45,421 bases of DNA from a bacterium (GCA_021788195.1 JAJYKY010000002.1:1-45421); one strand, 5' to 3'. Shown: positions 25,588 through 36,271, counted from the stretch's first letter. Numbers and translations: made by a program. The notes: a model not told the origin generated them from the sequence alone.

Positions 25588-27968
25588 ATGTTTTGGGAAT
25601 TTATCTCCGTAATTTTAGGACCGCATGTCTGGGCGCCGGTGCTGATTTTTTTTACCGTCCTTAAATCGGGCCTGAATCCGGGCAGGATGGCGCTTTCGTT
25701 TCTGATTCTTTTGGTTTTTCAGTTTTTAGTTCCGCTGGGGTTTGTTTATTATCTTCGTTGGACCGGCCAAACTAAAAGATGGGATGTGCCGGAGCTGGGC
25801 GTTCGGTTTAAAGCCATTCTCGTCGGATTAGCCTCGATATCCCTCTCCTTGGTTTGGGTCTATTTTTTCGGCAACTTTTTTCTTTTCAAAATGACCTGGC
25901 TTTTAATTATTCTGGGTGTCGTTTCGGCTGGTATCACCAAATTCTGGAAGATAAGCCTTCACTCCGGAATAAACGCGGCCGGATCAGTTGTCCTGAATTT
26001 TTTATTTGGCGGGAGTTTACCCTGGTTGTATCTGTCAATTCCTTTGGTATTTCTGGCCCGGCGGAAGTTAAAAAGGCATTCCTGGACGCAGCTTATCGCC
26101 GGAACCCTTCTCGGCGGCGGTTTAACCCTGGCGTTTCTTTGGGCTTTTTTCCCGGGCAAAGTTTTGGCAGCCGAAAAAAGTTATTATTTTCCCAAAGTTA
26201 CCATTGAGGTAAAAATTAACCCTGACCGGTCGGCGGATTTTCTGGAAAAGCGGACGGCGGCGTTTACCGGAAGTTTTACCCGGATTTATTGGGATATTCC
26301 GCTGAAAAATGGCCAGGCCATGGAAAACATTTTGGCGGGGGAGGAAGTTGCCGGGCAGAGGGTAATTTACGGACAACTGCCGACAGCAGATCCCGGCCGA
26401 CCGCCGAAAAAGTACGCCGTCAGCCGCAATTCTGACGGCAGTTACCATATTGAACTGTACCAGGCATCAACCAACCAGATCCGAACTTTCCTTTTGTCCT
26501 ACCGGGTAACCAATGCCGTGACGAAATACCAGGATGTCGGCGAATTTTACTGGAAGGTTATCGGGCCAGGCTGGGAGGCCCGGACGGATCAGGCACTGAT
26601 AACGGTAACGGTACCGGAGGACGTGGGCCCGCAGGGCATATATATCTGGGGGCACGGACCGTTAAACGGTAAAGCCGCGATTGTCGACGGGAAAACTGCC
26701 ACTTTTTCGGTAAATGACTTACCCGGGAAAACTTTCGTCGAAGTTCGGGAACTTTTCCCGGCCTACATTATTTCCGGCCGGCCGATCTCCGAAGACCATT
26801 TGGCCTTGGCTCGGGCCGCGGAAGAGAAATTTCAGGAAGAGACGGTTATCCGGGAACAGGTTAAGGTGATTTTAACGGTCAGCGCGGTCCTCATCTTTAT
26901 CGGCTGGATTCTTTTCTGGTTTAGCGTCTGGAAAAAATACGGCCGGGAATACAAAATCGAAAATATCCCGGAATATGTTCACTTCCCGCCGAGTAAACTG
27001 GCTCCGGCTCTGGTCGAAGCCCTGATTTCCCAGGAACAGTCGGTCACGTCAAACTCTTTTTCGGCGACGATTTTAGACCTGGCCCGGAAAAAATTATTAA
27101 AATTGAGGCCCGGGAAACCTGGTCAAAGGGGATTCTGGGGATGGGCGGCAAAAGGCAATACTCCTATATCCTTCACCTGCAGGAGAAAACGTTTTTGACC
27201 AATGAGACGCTCGCGGGTTTTGAAAAAGACGCCCTGTCCTTTGTTTTTGAAGGCGGAAACACTCCGGATCTGCCTTTGGAAAGGCTAAAGGGCCGGATGA
27301 AAAACCAGCCGTTGGTGACTCAAACTTTTTTTGACGGCTGGAAGAAAACAATTCAGGAGCAAGCTGATCAAAAAGATTTTGTCGAAGAAGAAAGCAAAAA
27401 ATGGCGGACGCGGTTTATTTTCTGGCACACGATTATGGCCGTCTGCCTGATTTTTCTCATAATTGTTTCCGGCCGGAGCGGATTTTTGGCTTTGGCCATT
27501 AACGTCCTTATTTTCGGGACGATCGGTTTTGCCTACGCCAGCCGGGTGTTTTTGCGTTGGGCGAAACCGGCGGAAATAGAGGCCAAACAATGGGAGGGGT
27601 TTAAGCATTTTTTGGAGGATTTTTCTCACTTCAAAAACGAACTGCCGCAGGCTTTAACGATTTGGGAGGAAATGCTGGTTTACGGTACGGCTCTGGGGGT
27701 GGCTAAACAGGTCCTAAAATACGTGCCTCTAATTTTAAGTCAGCCCGGTGCGGCCGTTCCTTACTGGTACTACACGACAAACCAAAGCGGCCAAATTGTT
27801 TCTTCGGATTTCTCGAGCGGGCTGGGACAGAGTTTTGCGGCTTCTTTTGGGGAAAACCTTTCCGCGATGTCTTCAGCTTTCTCTTCCTCTTTCAGTTCCG
27901 GTTCCGGCGGAGGATTTTCCGGGGGCGGTGGGGGCGGGGGCGGTGGGGGCGGGGGTGGGGCCGACTAG
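25588..27968 (+). CDS. PAP2-like membrane domain fused to DUF2207 protein; split by one frameshift near 27088-27102
   Basis: KISLH and RRKLKRHSWTQLIAG; EFYWKVIG, WGHGPLNG; WEEMLVYGTALGV and poly-Gly tail; one extra A restores DLARKKIIKIE. Confidence 0.75.
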
Positions 27969-28417
27969 TAGCGGGGAATCTCCGGAGAATACTGGCCGAC
28001 CAGTTCCGCCTTGGCGATAACATTATTTTTCAGGGCGTCTTCAAAATCATCGCGGACAGCGCCTGATTCCAGATCCAGAGTTTTATTTAACGCGGATAGC
28101 AGGAAACGGTAATGGTGGACACCTTCCGGCGGGCAGGGTGCAACATACCCGATCTGACCGGCACTGTTGGTTCCCTGAACGGCCGTCGAAGGGATATTGC
28201 CTTCGCCCAGTTCCAAAGTTTCCGGCGGGATGTTCCAGATAAGCCAGTGGGTAAAAATTCCGTCGGGTGCGTCCGGATCATCCATGAGCAAAGCCAGACT
28301 TTGGGTGCCTTCGGGAACATCGACAATTTCAAGGGGCGGAATAAGTCCGTCCCCGTCGCAGGTGTATTGAGACGGAATTGATCCCTGATTTTCAAAAGCG
28401 TAGCTGGATATGGTCAT
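27965..28417 (-). CDS. YbhB/YbcL (PEBP/Raf kinase inhibitor-like) protein
   Basis: YTCDG, DDPDAP, FTHW, PCPP, HHYRF. Confidence 0.93.
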   Translation of the reverse strand: MTISSYAFENQGSIPSQYTCDGDGLIPPLEIVDVPEGTQSLALLMDDPDAPDGIFTHWLIWNIPPETLELGEGNIPSTAVQGTNSAGQIGYVAPCPPEGVHHYRFLLSALNKTLDLESGAVRDDFEDALKNNVIAKAELVGQYSPEIPRY

Positions 28418-28482
28418 GGAAAAAGACTAAAACCCGGGAAGTAAAGGACGACCATGATTCGGTAAGTGCATGGTAAGAATAT

Positions 28483-29799
28483 TCAGGCCAGAAGATCCAA
28501 AGCTACCGCAGCGGACCAGGCCTGCTGCCGGCAGCCTGTCTGGCCGGAAGTGGATTTAAATTCAAGGTAATCGCCGTTGTCACCTTTTTGATAGAGCTCT
28601 ACCGGCGTGTTAAAATACGCCAGAGCTTTAATAGTGGCCTGCTTTAAGAGATTGGCTTCTTCGGTGTAGCCCCAAAGAGCTAAACCTTCATGAGCTTCGC
28701 CGTTTAACTTCGGCCAGAAACTGCCGTTGTGGTAGGAATCTCTTCCCGGATTAAAAGTCGGCGACAGAGTGCTCATGGTTCTGATCCCGCCGTCGGGATC
28801 AAAAAGATCCGGCAGAAAAGACCGGCGGACCAGGCTTTCAACGTGTTTATTTTCCAGAACGGACTCTAAAATTCCGTCCTCTTTGTAACTGGTCCAGAGC
28901 AAAAGCAGGGGGTTGCCCGTAATGGTTCTTATCTGTTTTTTGTTTCCGTCGAGGGCCTGGGCCGGGAAAATAAATCCCCGGTCGGAAAACAAAAACTTTT
29001 TGTTAAAAGTTTTTTTAAGACTGGTGGCCTGAGCTAAAAGTTTTACCGCTTTTTCGGGAGAGGTTTTTTGGAAAAGATCGGCCCAGAGTTTTAAGGCCAG
29101 CCAGGCATAACCCTGGACTTCTACCGGGGCAATCGGATAGGGCGGAATTCTCCCGTCCGCCTGGCGCAGGGATTCGTTGGAATCGGTCCAGGATTGGATC
29201 AGTAAACCCCCGGATTTCCTGGTTTTGGGAAAGTCGTATTCCAGCAGAAAATCGCCGTCCTTGTCTCCGAATTTTATGAGCCATTCCAGACCGAGTTCGA
29301 TAGCCGGAAAATTTTCTAAAATAAAATTTTCGTTGCCGGTAACCTGCCAATAACGATAAAGAGCGATAAGGGTCAGGGGAGTGGAATCAACCGAATCATA
29401 GTTACGCAATTTTCCGTCAGGATAGATATACCAGGGCCGTTCGTTGTTTACCAGATGATCGTATTTATCTTTCCGGTATTCATGGATAAACTTTCCCGGT
29501 TCTTCGCCGCTTTCAATGTTTATTTCCCGGCCCTGAAGATTAACCAGTGTCGTAAGCACCCGGCGGCACATGTTTAGAAGCCGGGCTTTATCAATAAGGG
29601 AAGAATCGGGATTTCGTTCCAGAACCTTGAGAACTTTCAGGACGGTGATCGCACTGTCCCGGCCGAAAGTACAGCCAAAAAGTTCCTCGCGGGCAGACGC
29701 GTTAATCCCTTCTTCAGTAATTAAAGAAAGAAGGGTGTTGTAGGCAATGGGGAATAATTGACTGTCCATGGGCAGAGGAAGATGTTCATAAAGACGCAT
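28483..29799 (-). CDS. Amylo-alpha-1,6-glucosidase / glycogen debranching-like glycoside hydrolase
   Basis: FGRDS, EEPGK.IHE, DSTPL, WTDS, EVQGY, YHNGSFWP, QAWSA; start uncertain (29823 or 29799). Confidence 0.85.
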   Translation of the reverse strand: MRLYEHLPLPMDSQLFPIAYNTLLSLITEEGINASAREELFGCTFGRDSAITVLKVLKVLERNPDSSLIDKARLLNMCRRVLTTLVNLQGREINIESGEEPGKFIHEYRKDKYDHLVNNERPWYIYPDGKLRNYDSVDSTPLTLIALYRYWQVTGNENFILENFPAIELGLEWLIKFGDKDGDFLLEYDFPKTRKSGGLLIQSWTDSNESLRQADGRIPPYPIAPVEVQGYAWLALKLWADLFQKTSPEKAVKLLAQATSLKKTFNKKFLFSDRGFIFPAQALDGNKKQIRTITGNPLLLLWTSYKEDGILESVLENKHVESLVRRSFLPDLFDPDGGIRTMSTLSPTFNPGRDSYHNGSFWPKLNGEAHEGLALWGYTEEANLLKQATIKALAYFNTPVELYQKGDNGDYLEFKSTSGQTGCRQQAWSAAVALDLLA

Positions 29800-29864
29800 G
29801 ATCCAGAATGCAATTATTAGCACCCGGGCTATTGGGTTGCAAGGGGGAAAACAAAACCTTTTCC

Positions 29865-30902
29865 TTATTTCCTGCGTTTTTTCAGGATTCTCTCAAAAAT
29901 TCGGAGATAGCCGTCAGTCATTTTTGCAGCGCTGAAATTTTCCAAAGCATATTTCCGGCATTCCTCCCTGCTGATGGTCGGGATTTTGTCCACCGCGTCA
30001 ATCATCTGGTCAATATTGTTAATGACAAAACCGGTTTTGCCGTTTTTAATCACTTCCGGAATTGACCCATTGCGAAAACCGATGACCGGACAGCCGCAGG
30101 CCATAGCTTCAATCATGGTTAGTCCGAACGGTTCGGGCCAGGTAACCGGGTGAAGCAGACAGTAAGCCCGGGACATCAGTTTGTTGCGATCGTTTTGGGT
30201 CACTTCCCCGACCCATTGGATTTGGTCCGAAAGCCGGGGACCGATATATTCCTCAAAATACGGCATATCCAGATTTTCCAGTTTAGCGGCGATAATTAAG
30301 GGTAAGTTAAGATACTGGGCTGTTTCGATCGCAAAATGAACGCCCTTTTCTAAGGAAATCCGGCCGACAAAAAGCAGGTAGCCGTCGTTCTCAGCCGAGA
30401 AAGGAAAGTCGTCCATGGGCAAACCGTTGTAAACCGTTCCGGCCCAATTTAAAGATGGGGCGCCGCGGGCTTGACTTCTGGAAATGGAAACGAAATGGGC
30501 TTTTTTACCGAGGGGAACATAAATCCGCCGGTTTATCGGATCAAACGAACCGTGAAGAGTCATAACTACCGGGGTCCTGGCAATATTGGCAGCGGGTAAA
30601 CTTAAGAAGCCGTTATGGTCATGGATAATATCAAACTCGTCCTGCCGGTCGTAGGCCATTCCGAGATTGAGCATAGTCCAGATATTGGTCCCGTAAATAT
30701 CCTGCATTCGGGCTTCCCGAATTGCCCGCGGGTAAACAGCGACCAGTTTGGCAGCCGTCAGGGAATCGCCGCTGGCAAAAAGGGTGACATCGTGCCCCCG
30801 CCTGACCAACTCTTCAGTCAAGGCCGAGACCACCCGTTCTGTCCCGCCGTATTTTTTTGGCGGGACCCGTTCGATTACCGGAGCCACTTCGGCAATCTTC
30901 AT
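29865..30902 (-). CDS. Glycosyltransferase family 4
   Basis: PPKKYGGTE, GRISLEKG, EPFGLTMIEAMACG. Confidence 0.93.
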   Translation of the reverse strand: MKIAEVAPVIERVPPKKYGGTERVVSALTEELVRRGHDVTLFASGDSLTAAKLVAVYPRAIREARMQDIYGTNIWTMLNLGMAYDRQDEFDIIHDHNGFLSLPAANIARTPVVMTLHGSFDPINRRIYVPLGKKAHFVSISRSQARGAPSLNWAGTVYNGLPMDDFPFSAENDGYLLFVGRISLEKGVHFAIETAQYLNLPLIIAAKLENLDMPYFEEYIGPRLSDQIQWVGEVTQNDRNKLMSRAYCLLHPVTWPEPFGLTMIEAMACGCPVIGFRNGSIPEVIKNGKTGFVINNIDQMIDAVDKIPTISREECRKYALENFSAAKMTDGYLRIFERILKKRRK

Positions 30903-31013
30903 AATTTAAAGTTACCCGGGAAAAGAACGGAGTCCGGTAAGAGAAAACAAAGGAAACGGTAGGAATTTTCTTTCCCAACTCGAACAGGCACTTTACCAAA
31001 GAAAAAAACAGGC

Positions 31014-31364
31014 ATGCAAATATGCCACCCTATGGTTATCGGAGCGATGCCGGTCATGTCCGCGAAGGGAGCGATCAGTTATTTGGAAAAGGCGGATTTT
31101 AATCCCGGAGAAATTTCCGTAGTCGGAAGCGATGAAAAAGAAATTGCCGAAATTGCTGATGTTTCCGGGCCGTTAACCGGAACAATCGACAATGTGGAAG
31201 AAAAACTAACCGACCTAGGGATGCCGCCGGAATATGTCGAAGCCTACCGGGAAATCGTTTACAGCGGCGAGGTTTTAGTCGCGATAATCGGCGAAAAAAA
31301 GGAGGAAGCCATTGCCAGAAAGATGCTCTCCCAACATTTAGCGTCTCCGATATTCTTGATCTAA
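31014..31364 (+). CDS. General stress protein 17M/YflT-like domain protein
   Basis: AISYLEKADF...ISVV and LTDLGMP...Y...V.SGEVLV pattern. Confidence 0.55.
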   Translation: MQICHPMVIGAMPVMSAKGAISYLEKADFNPGEISVVGSDEKEIAEIADVSGPLTGTIDNVEEKLTDLGMPPEYVEAYREIVYSGEVLVAIIGEKKEEAIARKMLSQHLASPIFLI

Positions 31365-31436
31365 GAATTCCATCTTTACTTTTACGAAAACTGAGGACTA
31401 AACTTTTTTAGTGTCAGGTTTCTATTCTGGATAAAA

Positions 31437-31733
31437 ATGGGACAGGTCAGAATTTCTATTATTAGGAGACCGGAATCTCCTTGGGGAGATATTGAGAGAG
31501 AAGACGGATTAGTGGAAATTAACGGGCGTTTTTCGATTTCGCAATCGGAGGCGGCGGTGGAAATTAAAAGCCATAATAACGGCCATCATCCGGAAGCCGT
31601 AATCCGGTGGACCTCAAAAAACGGGCATAAATTAGAGGAAGCCCAATCTTTTTCTTTGCCGCCGGAAGGAACGATTCTCGCCTTTCCGGAAGGAGAACTT
31701 CTTTTTATCGTCAAACACGAAACTTCCCGATAA
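31437..31733 (+). CDS. Hypothetical protein
   Basis: 98 aa ORF, TATTCT upstream. Confidence 0.55.
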   Translation: MGQVRISIIRRPESPWGDIEREDGLVEINGRFSISQSEAAVEIKSHNNGHHPEAVIRWTSKNGHKLEEAQSFSLPPEGTILAFPEGELLFIVKHETSR

Positions 31734-31736
31734 ATT

Positions 31737-32240
31737 TCATCTGATTTTCGCGTGCAGAAAGCCGTGGGCAAAAACTGTCCGGTCTTTGTACCGAATGGTT
31801 TCGAGAGCTATCACCAGAGGAATGGCTTCAAGATTGCGAATCACTTCATAACGGTATTGCCAGTCGCCGTCAGGCTCCGGCGAACAATCTTCAAAAAGCC
31901 GGGTCCGGCCGCTTAATTCGTCAAGTTTACCCTGGTGATATTTTATTATCTGGTCGTGGGTAATTCCGATTTGCCTCAGTTCTTCGTCGGATAAAGTGTC
32001 GCCGGCATAAAGCCGGGTAGCTTTCTCTTCTCCCTGTTGTCCCACTTCCTGGCCGCCGCCCTTAGACCACCCGTCCTGGTATTGTCCGCCGTCGGGGGAA
32101 AGGAAACTGGTGACGGTAAAACGGACGGGACCGCGGTTTACTTTTTCTTTTATGACTTTCCCGAATTCGTTTTTTCCGACATAGCCGGCAAGTAAGCCTT
32201 TGGTCAAAAGTTTTTCCATTTCCGGCGAGTAAGGTTTCAT
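31737..32240 (-). CDS. Hypothetical protein, DUF5680-like
   Basis: YQDGW..GGGQEV, DWQYRY, ETIRYK..VF; TAAAAT 6 nt upstream of ATG. Confidence 0.65.
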   Translation of the reverse strand: MKPYSPEMEKLLTKGLLAGYVGKNEFGKVIKEKVNRGPVRFTVTSFLSPDGGQYQDGWSKGGGQEVGQQGEEKATRLYAGDTLSDEELRQIGITHDQIIKYHQGKLDELSGRTRLFEDCSPEPDGDWQYRYEVIRNLEAIPLVIALETIRYKDRTVFAHGFLHAKIR

Positions 32241-32312
32241 CGGCGTATTTTACCATAAAACAGCAGTTTAATTGTGGATTTTTGAAGAAAATGTTTTTAC
32301 AATGGGAAAGTT

Positions 32313-33089
32313 GTGAACAATTATAAATTTCTCCGGGAATATTTGGATTTGCAGAAGGGAATTGTGTTTGACGAGCTTCTGGATCTGCCTTTTGCCACCG
32401 TCGGCTATAACAAAAATGATTCGGCCGTTAATCTGAATTTTACCCTGACGGATAAAGTTTTATCCGAAACGGAACTGGCGAAACTGGAAGAAAAATTCAA
32501 AGAAATCAACCGGGTACCGGCGGTTTATTTTGAAAACCGGATTGACCTGGTGGCCCTGGGAGGATTTCTAAATAAACACGGTTATAAAAAAACCAATGAG
32601 GATTCCTGGATGTTTTACGAGGATACGGTTCTGTATCGGGCTAGTTTTGAATCTTTAAAACAGGTGGAAAATGAAAAAGATCTGAAAATATTTTTGCAGA
32701 CTTTCCGCGATTCCTACCGGGATGAAAAGGAAGCAAAATTACCTTTGGGACTGGACGATTATTTAAAACTTTTGCAGAAAGTCTGGAAAGAACACCCGGC
32801 TTCCGACCGGATAGAGTTCTTTTTGGCCTTTCGGGGGGATGAACCGGTGGCGGTGGCAACTTTAACCAATTACGGCGGCATCGGCTATATTTCCAATGTC
32901 GGTTCGATGCCGAGAGTCCGCGGTGAGGGCTACGGCCGGACGGTAACGCTGTACTGCGTTTATAAATCCATGGAGCACAAAAATACTTTCCACTGTCTGG
33001 TAACGGAAGAAGGAACCCACCCGCATGATTTTTATTCCCAACTCGGACTGCGGACCCATTTCCTTGCCCCGCTGTATGTCAAATCTTAA
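32313..33089 (+). CDS. GNAT family N-acetyltransferase
   Basis: YISNVGSMPRVRGEGYG (motif A), FYSQLG. Confidence 0.88.
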   Translation: MNNYKFLREYLDLQKGIVFDELLDLPFATVGYNKNDSAVNLNFTLTDKVLSETELAKLEEKFKEINRVPAVYFENRIDLVALGGFLNKHGYKKTNEDSWMFYEDTVLYRASFESLKQVENEKDLKIFLQTFRDSYRDEKEAKLPLGLDDYLKLLQKVWKEHPASDRIEFFLAFRGDEPVAVATLTNYGGIGYISNVGSMPRVRGEGYGRTVTLYCVYKSMEHKNTFHCLVTEEGTHPHDFYSQLGLRTHFLAPLYVKS

Positions 33090-33166
33090 ATCCGGGTAAA
33101 ACTGAGCCGTCGGGTTTATTGTCAGACGGTGTATTTCCGGTCAATTCTACACTAAACTTGAGCCGT

Positions 33167-34216
33167 ATGAGAAAATACTCTGTGATCGAAAACGAAAAAG
33201 ATAAACCAGGCCAGAACGAAGTTTCCCATTTTCTCCACCAGGATCTTTTGCCCGGTAACGAAAAAAATTTTTTAGCCGATATTGAGGATAAGACCGGTTT
33301 TATGCCTCGGGAATTACTTAGCCAAAGTCGGTGGTGGGGATCAACCGAGCACGGTGCATCCTTATATCTCGGAGAATATTTGGGTAAAAAAGCGGTCTTA
33401 AAAGTTCAGGAAGCAAAGCCAACATCCAGCGAAATTTGCATGATCGAGAGTTTTGCGCGGGAAAACACCAGCCGGAAACTCCGGCCGCCCTACCTTTATA
33501 CTTCGGTTCCTTGGAATGACGAAACGAAATATGAAGCCTTAATAATGGAATACGTTACCGGGGATAAAGTGATCCATGTGCCAACAACCGCCAGCGAGGT
33601 CAGCCAATTTTTCAAATTATTTGCGGATTATCGGGTCAATTGCCGGCAAAATCCCTGGGTTGCAAAACCTGAGGGAAATCCGGCACAAAAAGTGGCCAGC
33701 AATTTTGCCCGCTGGCGAGATGCCAGCCTAAAGATTTATCCCGATCACCCCCTTCGTGAAGCGGTTGATGCCGACTTAATAGACCGGGCGGTGGCAGTTT
33801 TAAGTGAAGAATATGCCGATATCGAACCGGAATTTGTTCACGGTCATTTTTCCCATGTTGATCTTTATAAAAGCGGAGATCAGGTAGTCGTTTTCTCTAA
33901 TTTATTCTGGTCCTGGCGCCCGCCGTTTTATGACGCAGTCTTCGCTTATCATTGGTTTATTTACCAACTAAACGACGTGTCGTGGATCTCGCCGGAAAAA
34001 GTCGAGGGACAACGAAAACTCTGGCTATCAGAAATTGATAAATTAGTGAAACAACCAAACGATCGGCATCTTTTAAATTTAGCTTTGTTGGAACGGACGG
34101 CGGCCGGGTTAAACCTGGACGCCTTATCCGCCGATCCGGAAAAACAAATTACCCCGTATCTGGTAGCCCGGACCAGAGAGCTATTAAAAAAGTACCTTAA
34201 GGAATTAGGAGCTTGA
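33167..34216 (+). CDS. APH/choline-kinase-like fold protein with altered catalytic motifs
   Basis: AVLKVQ, LIMEYVTG, FVHGHF, PPFYDA; ATG 33167 follows TAAACT. Confidence 0.65.
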   Translation: MRKYSVIENEKDKPGQNEVSHFLHQDLLPGNEKNFLADIEDKTGFMPRELLSQSRWWGSTEHGASLYLGEYLGKKAVLKVQEAKPTSSEICMIESFARENTSRKLRPPYLYTSVPWNDETKYEALIMEYVTGDKVIHVPTTASEVSQFFKLFADYRVNCRQNPWVAKPEGNPAQKVASNFARWRDASLKIYPDHPLREAVDADLIDRAVAVLSEEYADIEPEFVHGHFSHVDLYKSGDQVVVFSNLFWSWRPPFYDAVFAYHWFIYQLNDVSWISPEKVEGQRKLWLSEIDKLVKQPNDRHLLNLALLERTAAGLNLDALSADPEKQITPYLVARTRELLKKYLKELGA

Positions 34217-34260
34217 AATAAGAATCAAGGGAAAGGGATTACGGACTTTTAAATAACTTC

Positions 34261-34461
34261 TTACTTGAAAATTATCTGCGTTAAGTCCGGGTCATCGGCG
34301 TCGGTTTCTTGCTTAACGGAAAGGGAATCTTCATGGCCGAACCGGATTCTTTTAGCTGCTTCATTCATCCCGCGTCTTTCGTATTCCCGGGCCAGTTTTT
34401 CGAAAAGGTCTTGGAAATCAACTTTCCCAAAGGTTTGTTCCGGTTTGGTCTCTTTTTTCAT
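34261..34461 (-). CDS. Small hypothetical protein
   Basis: 66 aa charged ORF filling the gap between genes. Confidence 0.5.
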   Translation of the reverse strand: MKKETKPEQTFGKVDFQDLFEKLAREYERRGMNEAAKRIRFGHEDSLSVKQETDADDPDLTQIIFK

Positions 34462-34546
34462 AGCAGTCTAAATAATGAGGCCATATTTTATGGTGTCGGC
34501 GCCCCGATTTCAATATATTTTGCCGTTCTGTTACAATATTCATACT

Positions 34547-36262
34547 TTGAGAGGGAGAAATTATTGGCGGACGGTAAGAGCGGAAAAGAGATCAGGGGTG
34601 GCCGTACCCCTTTTTAGTTTTGGAGAACTCGGCGATTTACCAAGGCTTCTTGATTGGTGTCAAAAAACGGGCCAGACGGTCCTTCAGCTTTTACCTCTTT
34701 TGGAAACCGGGATAACCGGCAGCCCTTACGATCCGGTCAGCTCCTTTGCTTTGGAACCGTCTTATCTGTCTCTGCGCCTGGTCTCCGGGAGCGGGGAAGA
34801 GGAGCTTGGTAAAAGCAACCTGCGCCGGCCCAAACTAAAGATATTGGCAAAAATATTTTCGGCGGGGATAGACCGGGAAGGATTGGAAAATTTTCGAAAG
34901 GCAAACCGTTACTGGGTTGAGGACTATGCTTTGTTCAAGGTGTTGAAAGATAATTTTGCCCGGAAAACCTGGCGGGAGTGGCCGGAAAAGTTCCGCGACC
35001 GGGACGAAAAGGTTTTAAAAAGTTTTGCTATCGAACACAAACGGGAAATTGATTTTTGGATTTGGGTTCAGTGGCAGTTGTTTTTGCAATTGAAAACCGC
35101 CGGGGATTATGCCCGCAAAGCCGGAATTCTATTATTCGGGGACGCGCCGCTTTTTGTTTCGGCTGACAGCGCTGATGCCTGGGCCCATCCGGAGTTTTTT
35201 TACCGGGATACTGTTTCCGGAGCACCACCGGACCTGTACAGTTTCCGGGGACAGCGCTGGGGGATGCCGCCGCTTAATTTCGCGAGTTTGGCCCGGGACG
35301 ATTTCCGGTATTTTCGCCAAAGATATACCTGTCTGGCAAAATTTTTCGACGGGGTAAGGCTGGATCACGTCATCGGTTTTTTTCGGATCTGGAACATTCC
35401 GGTAACGGAACCGGAAGAAAACGGTGGATTAAACGGTTTTTTTGATCCCCGGAATGAAGATGAATGGGAGCCGCAGGGCCGAAAAATTTTATCAGCCATT
35501 TTAAATTCAGCAAAAATGTTTTACTGGGCCGAAGATTTAGGAGTTGTTCCCAAGGGCTGCCGGGAAACCTTAAAAAAACTGGGCATTCCCGGAACAATTG
35601 TTACCCGCTGGAAGAAAAATCCTTTCCGCCATACTTTTGTCCGGCCGGAAAATTATCCGAAACTTTCGGTGGCCCAGATGTCGCTCCATGATCTGTCGGG
35701 TTTTCCGGCCTTTTGGGAAGATGAAGCCGGGACAGTTGAGGAGAAAACTTTTAAATACCACTGCGAAAAAGCGGGATTGGATTTTCTTGCCCTGCGGCCA
35801 AAACTTTTTACTCCGGGCCACCCGATGAACGGGCGGCTCCGCTGGCGCAAAAATATTAAAACGCCGGCAAAATTTCTGGAAACTTTGGGTTTGACCGGAA
35901 AAGAGGCTAATGATTTGCTTTGGATTTATCAGGATACTTTCCGGGAGAAAGAGAGACTCTGGCGCTACCTGGGTTTGGCTAAAAAGGCGGGAAACCGGTG
36001 CTCTCCGGAAGTTTTAAACCGGGCGCTGGCCAAAAGCCTGGCGGCAAAATCCCTGATTGTCATCAATACTGTCTTTGATTGGCTGGCTCTGGACCAGGTT
36101 TTAGAAAAAAATCCCCGACGCTTCCGGATAAACACTCCGGGGACAGTTAGCGCGAAAAACTGGTCGGTTAAGCTGCCGATATCCCTGGAAGATCTGCAGA
36201 ATTTGAAAATCAACAGCCGGATCCGGGAAATGGTTGCTGCCTCCGGCCGGTTGATAGTGTAA
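34547..36262 (+). CDS. malQ: 4-alpha-glucanotransferase (amylomaltase, GH77)
   Basis: LQLLPL, SPY, GAPPD..S..GQRWG, RLDHVIGFFR, AEDLG, HD, INTPG; TTG 34547 follows TACAAT. Confidence 0.93.
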   Translation: MRGRNYWRTVRAEKRSGVAVPLFSFGELGDLPRLLDWCQKTGQTVLQLLPLLETGITGSPYDPVSSFALEPSYLSLRLVSGSGEEELGKSNLRRPKLKILAKIFSAGIDREGLENFRKANRYWVEDYALFKVLKDNFARKTWREWPEKFRDRDEKVLKSFAIEHKREIDFWIWVQWQLFLQLKTAGDYARKAGILLFGDAPLFVSADSADAWAHPEFFYRDTVSGAPPDLYSFRGQRWGMPPLNFASLARDDFRYFRQRYTCLAKFFDGVRLDHVIGFFRIWNIPVTEPEENGGLNGFFDPRNEDEWEPQGRKILSAILNSAKMFYWAEDLGVVPKGCRETLKKLGIPGTIVTRWKKNPFRHTFVRPENYPKLSVAQMSLHDLSGFPAFWEDEAGTVEEKTFKYHCEKAGLDFLALRPKLFTPGHPMNGRLRWRKNIKTPAKFLETLGLTGKEANDLLWIYQDTFREKERLWRYLGLAKKAGNRCSPEVLNRALAKSLAAKSLIVINTVFDWLALDQVLEKNPRRFRINTPGTVSAKNWSVKLPISLEDLQNLKINSRIREMVAASGRLIV

Positions 36263-36271
36263 ACTAAATAT

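Noticed and set aside
27880..27965. G-rich tract, possible G-quadruplex or repeat
   Set aside because: Explained by the poly-Gly/Ser tail typical of DUF2207 proteins
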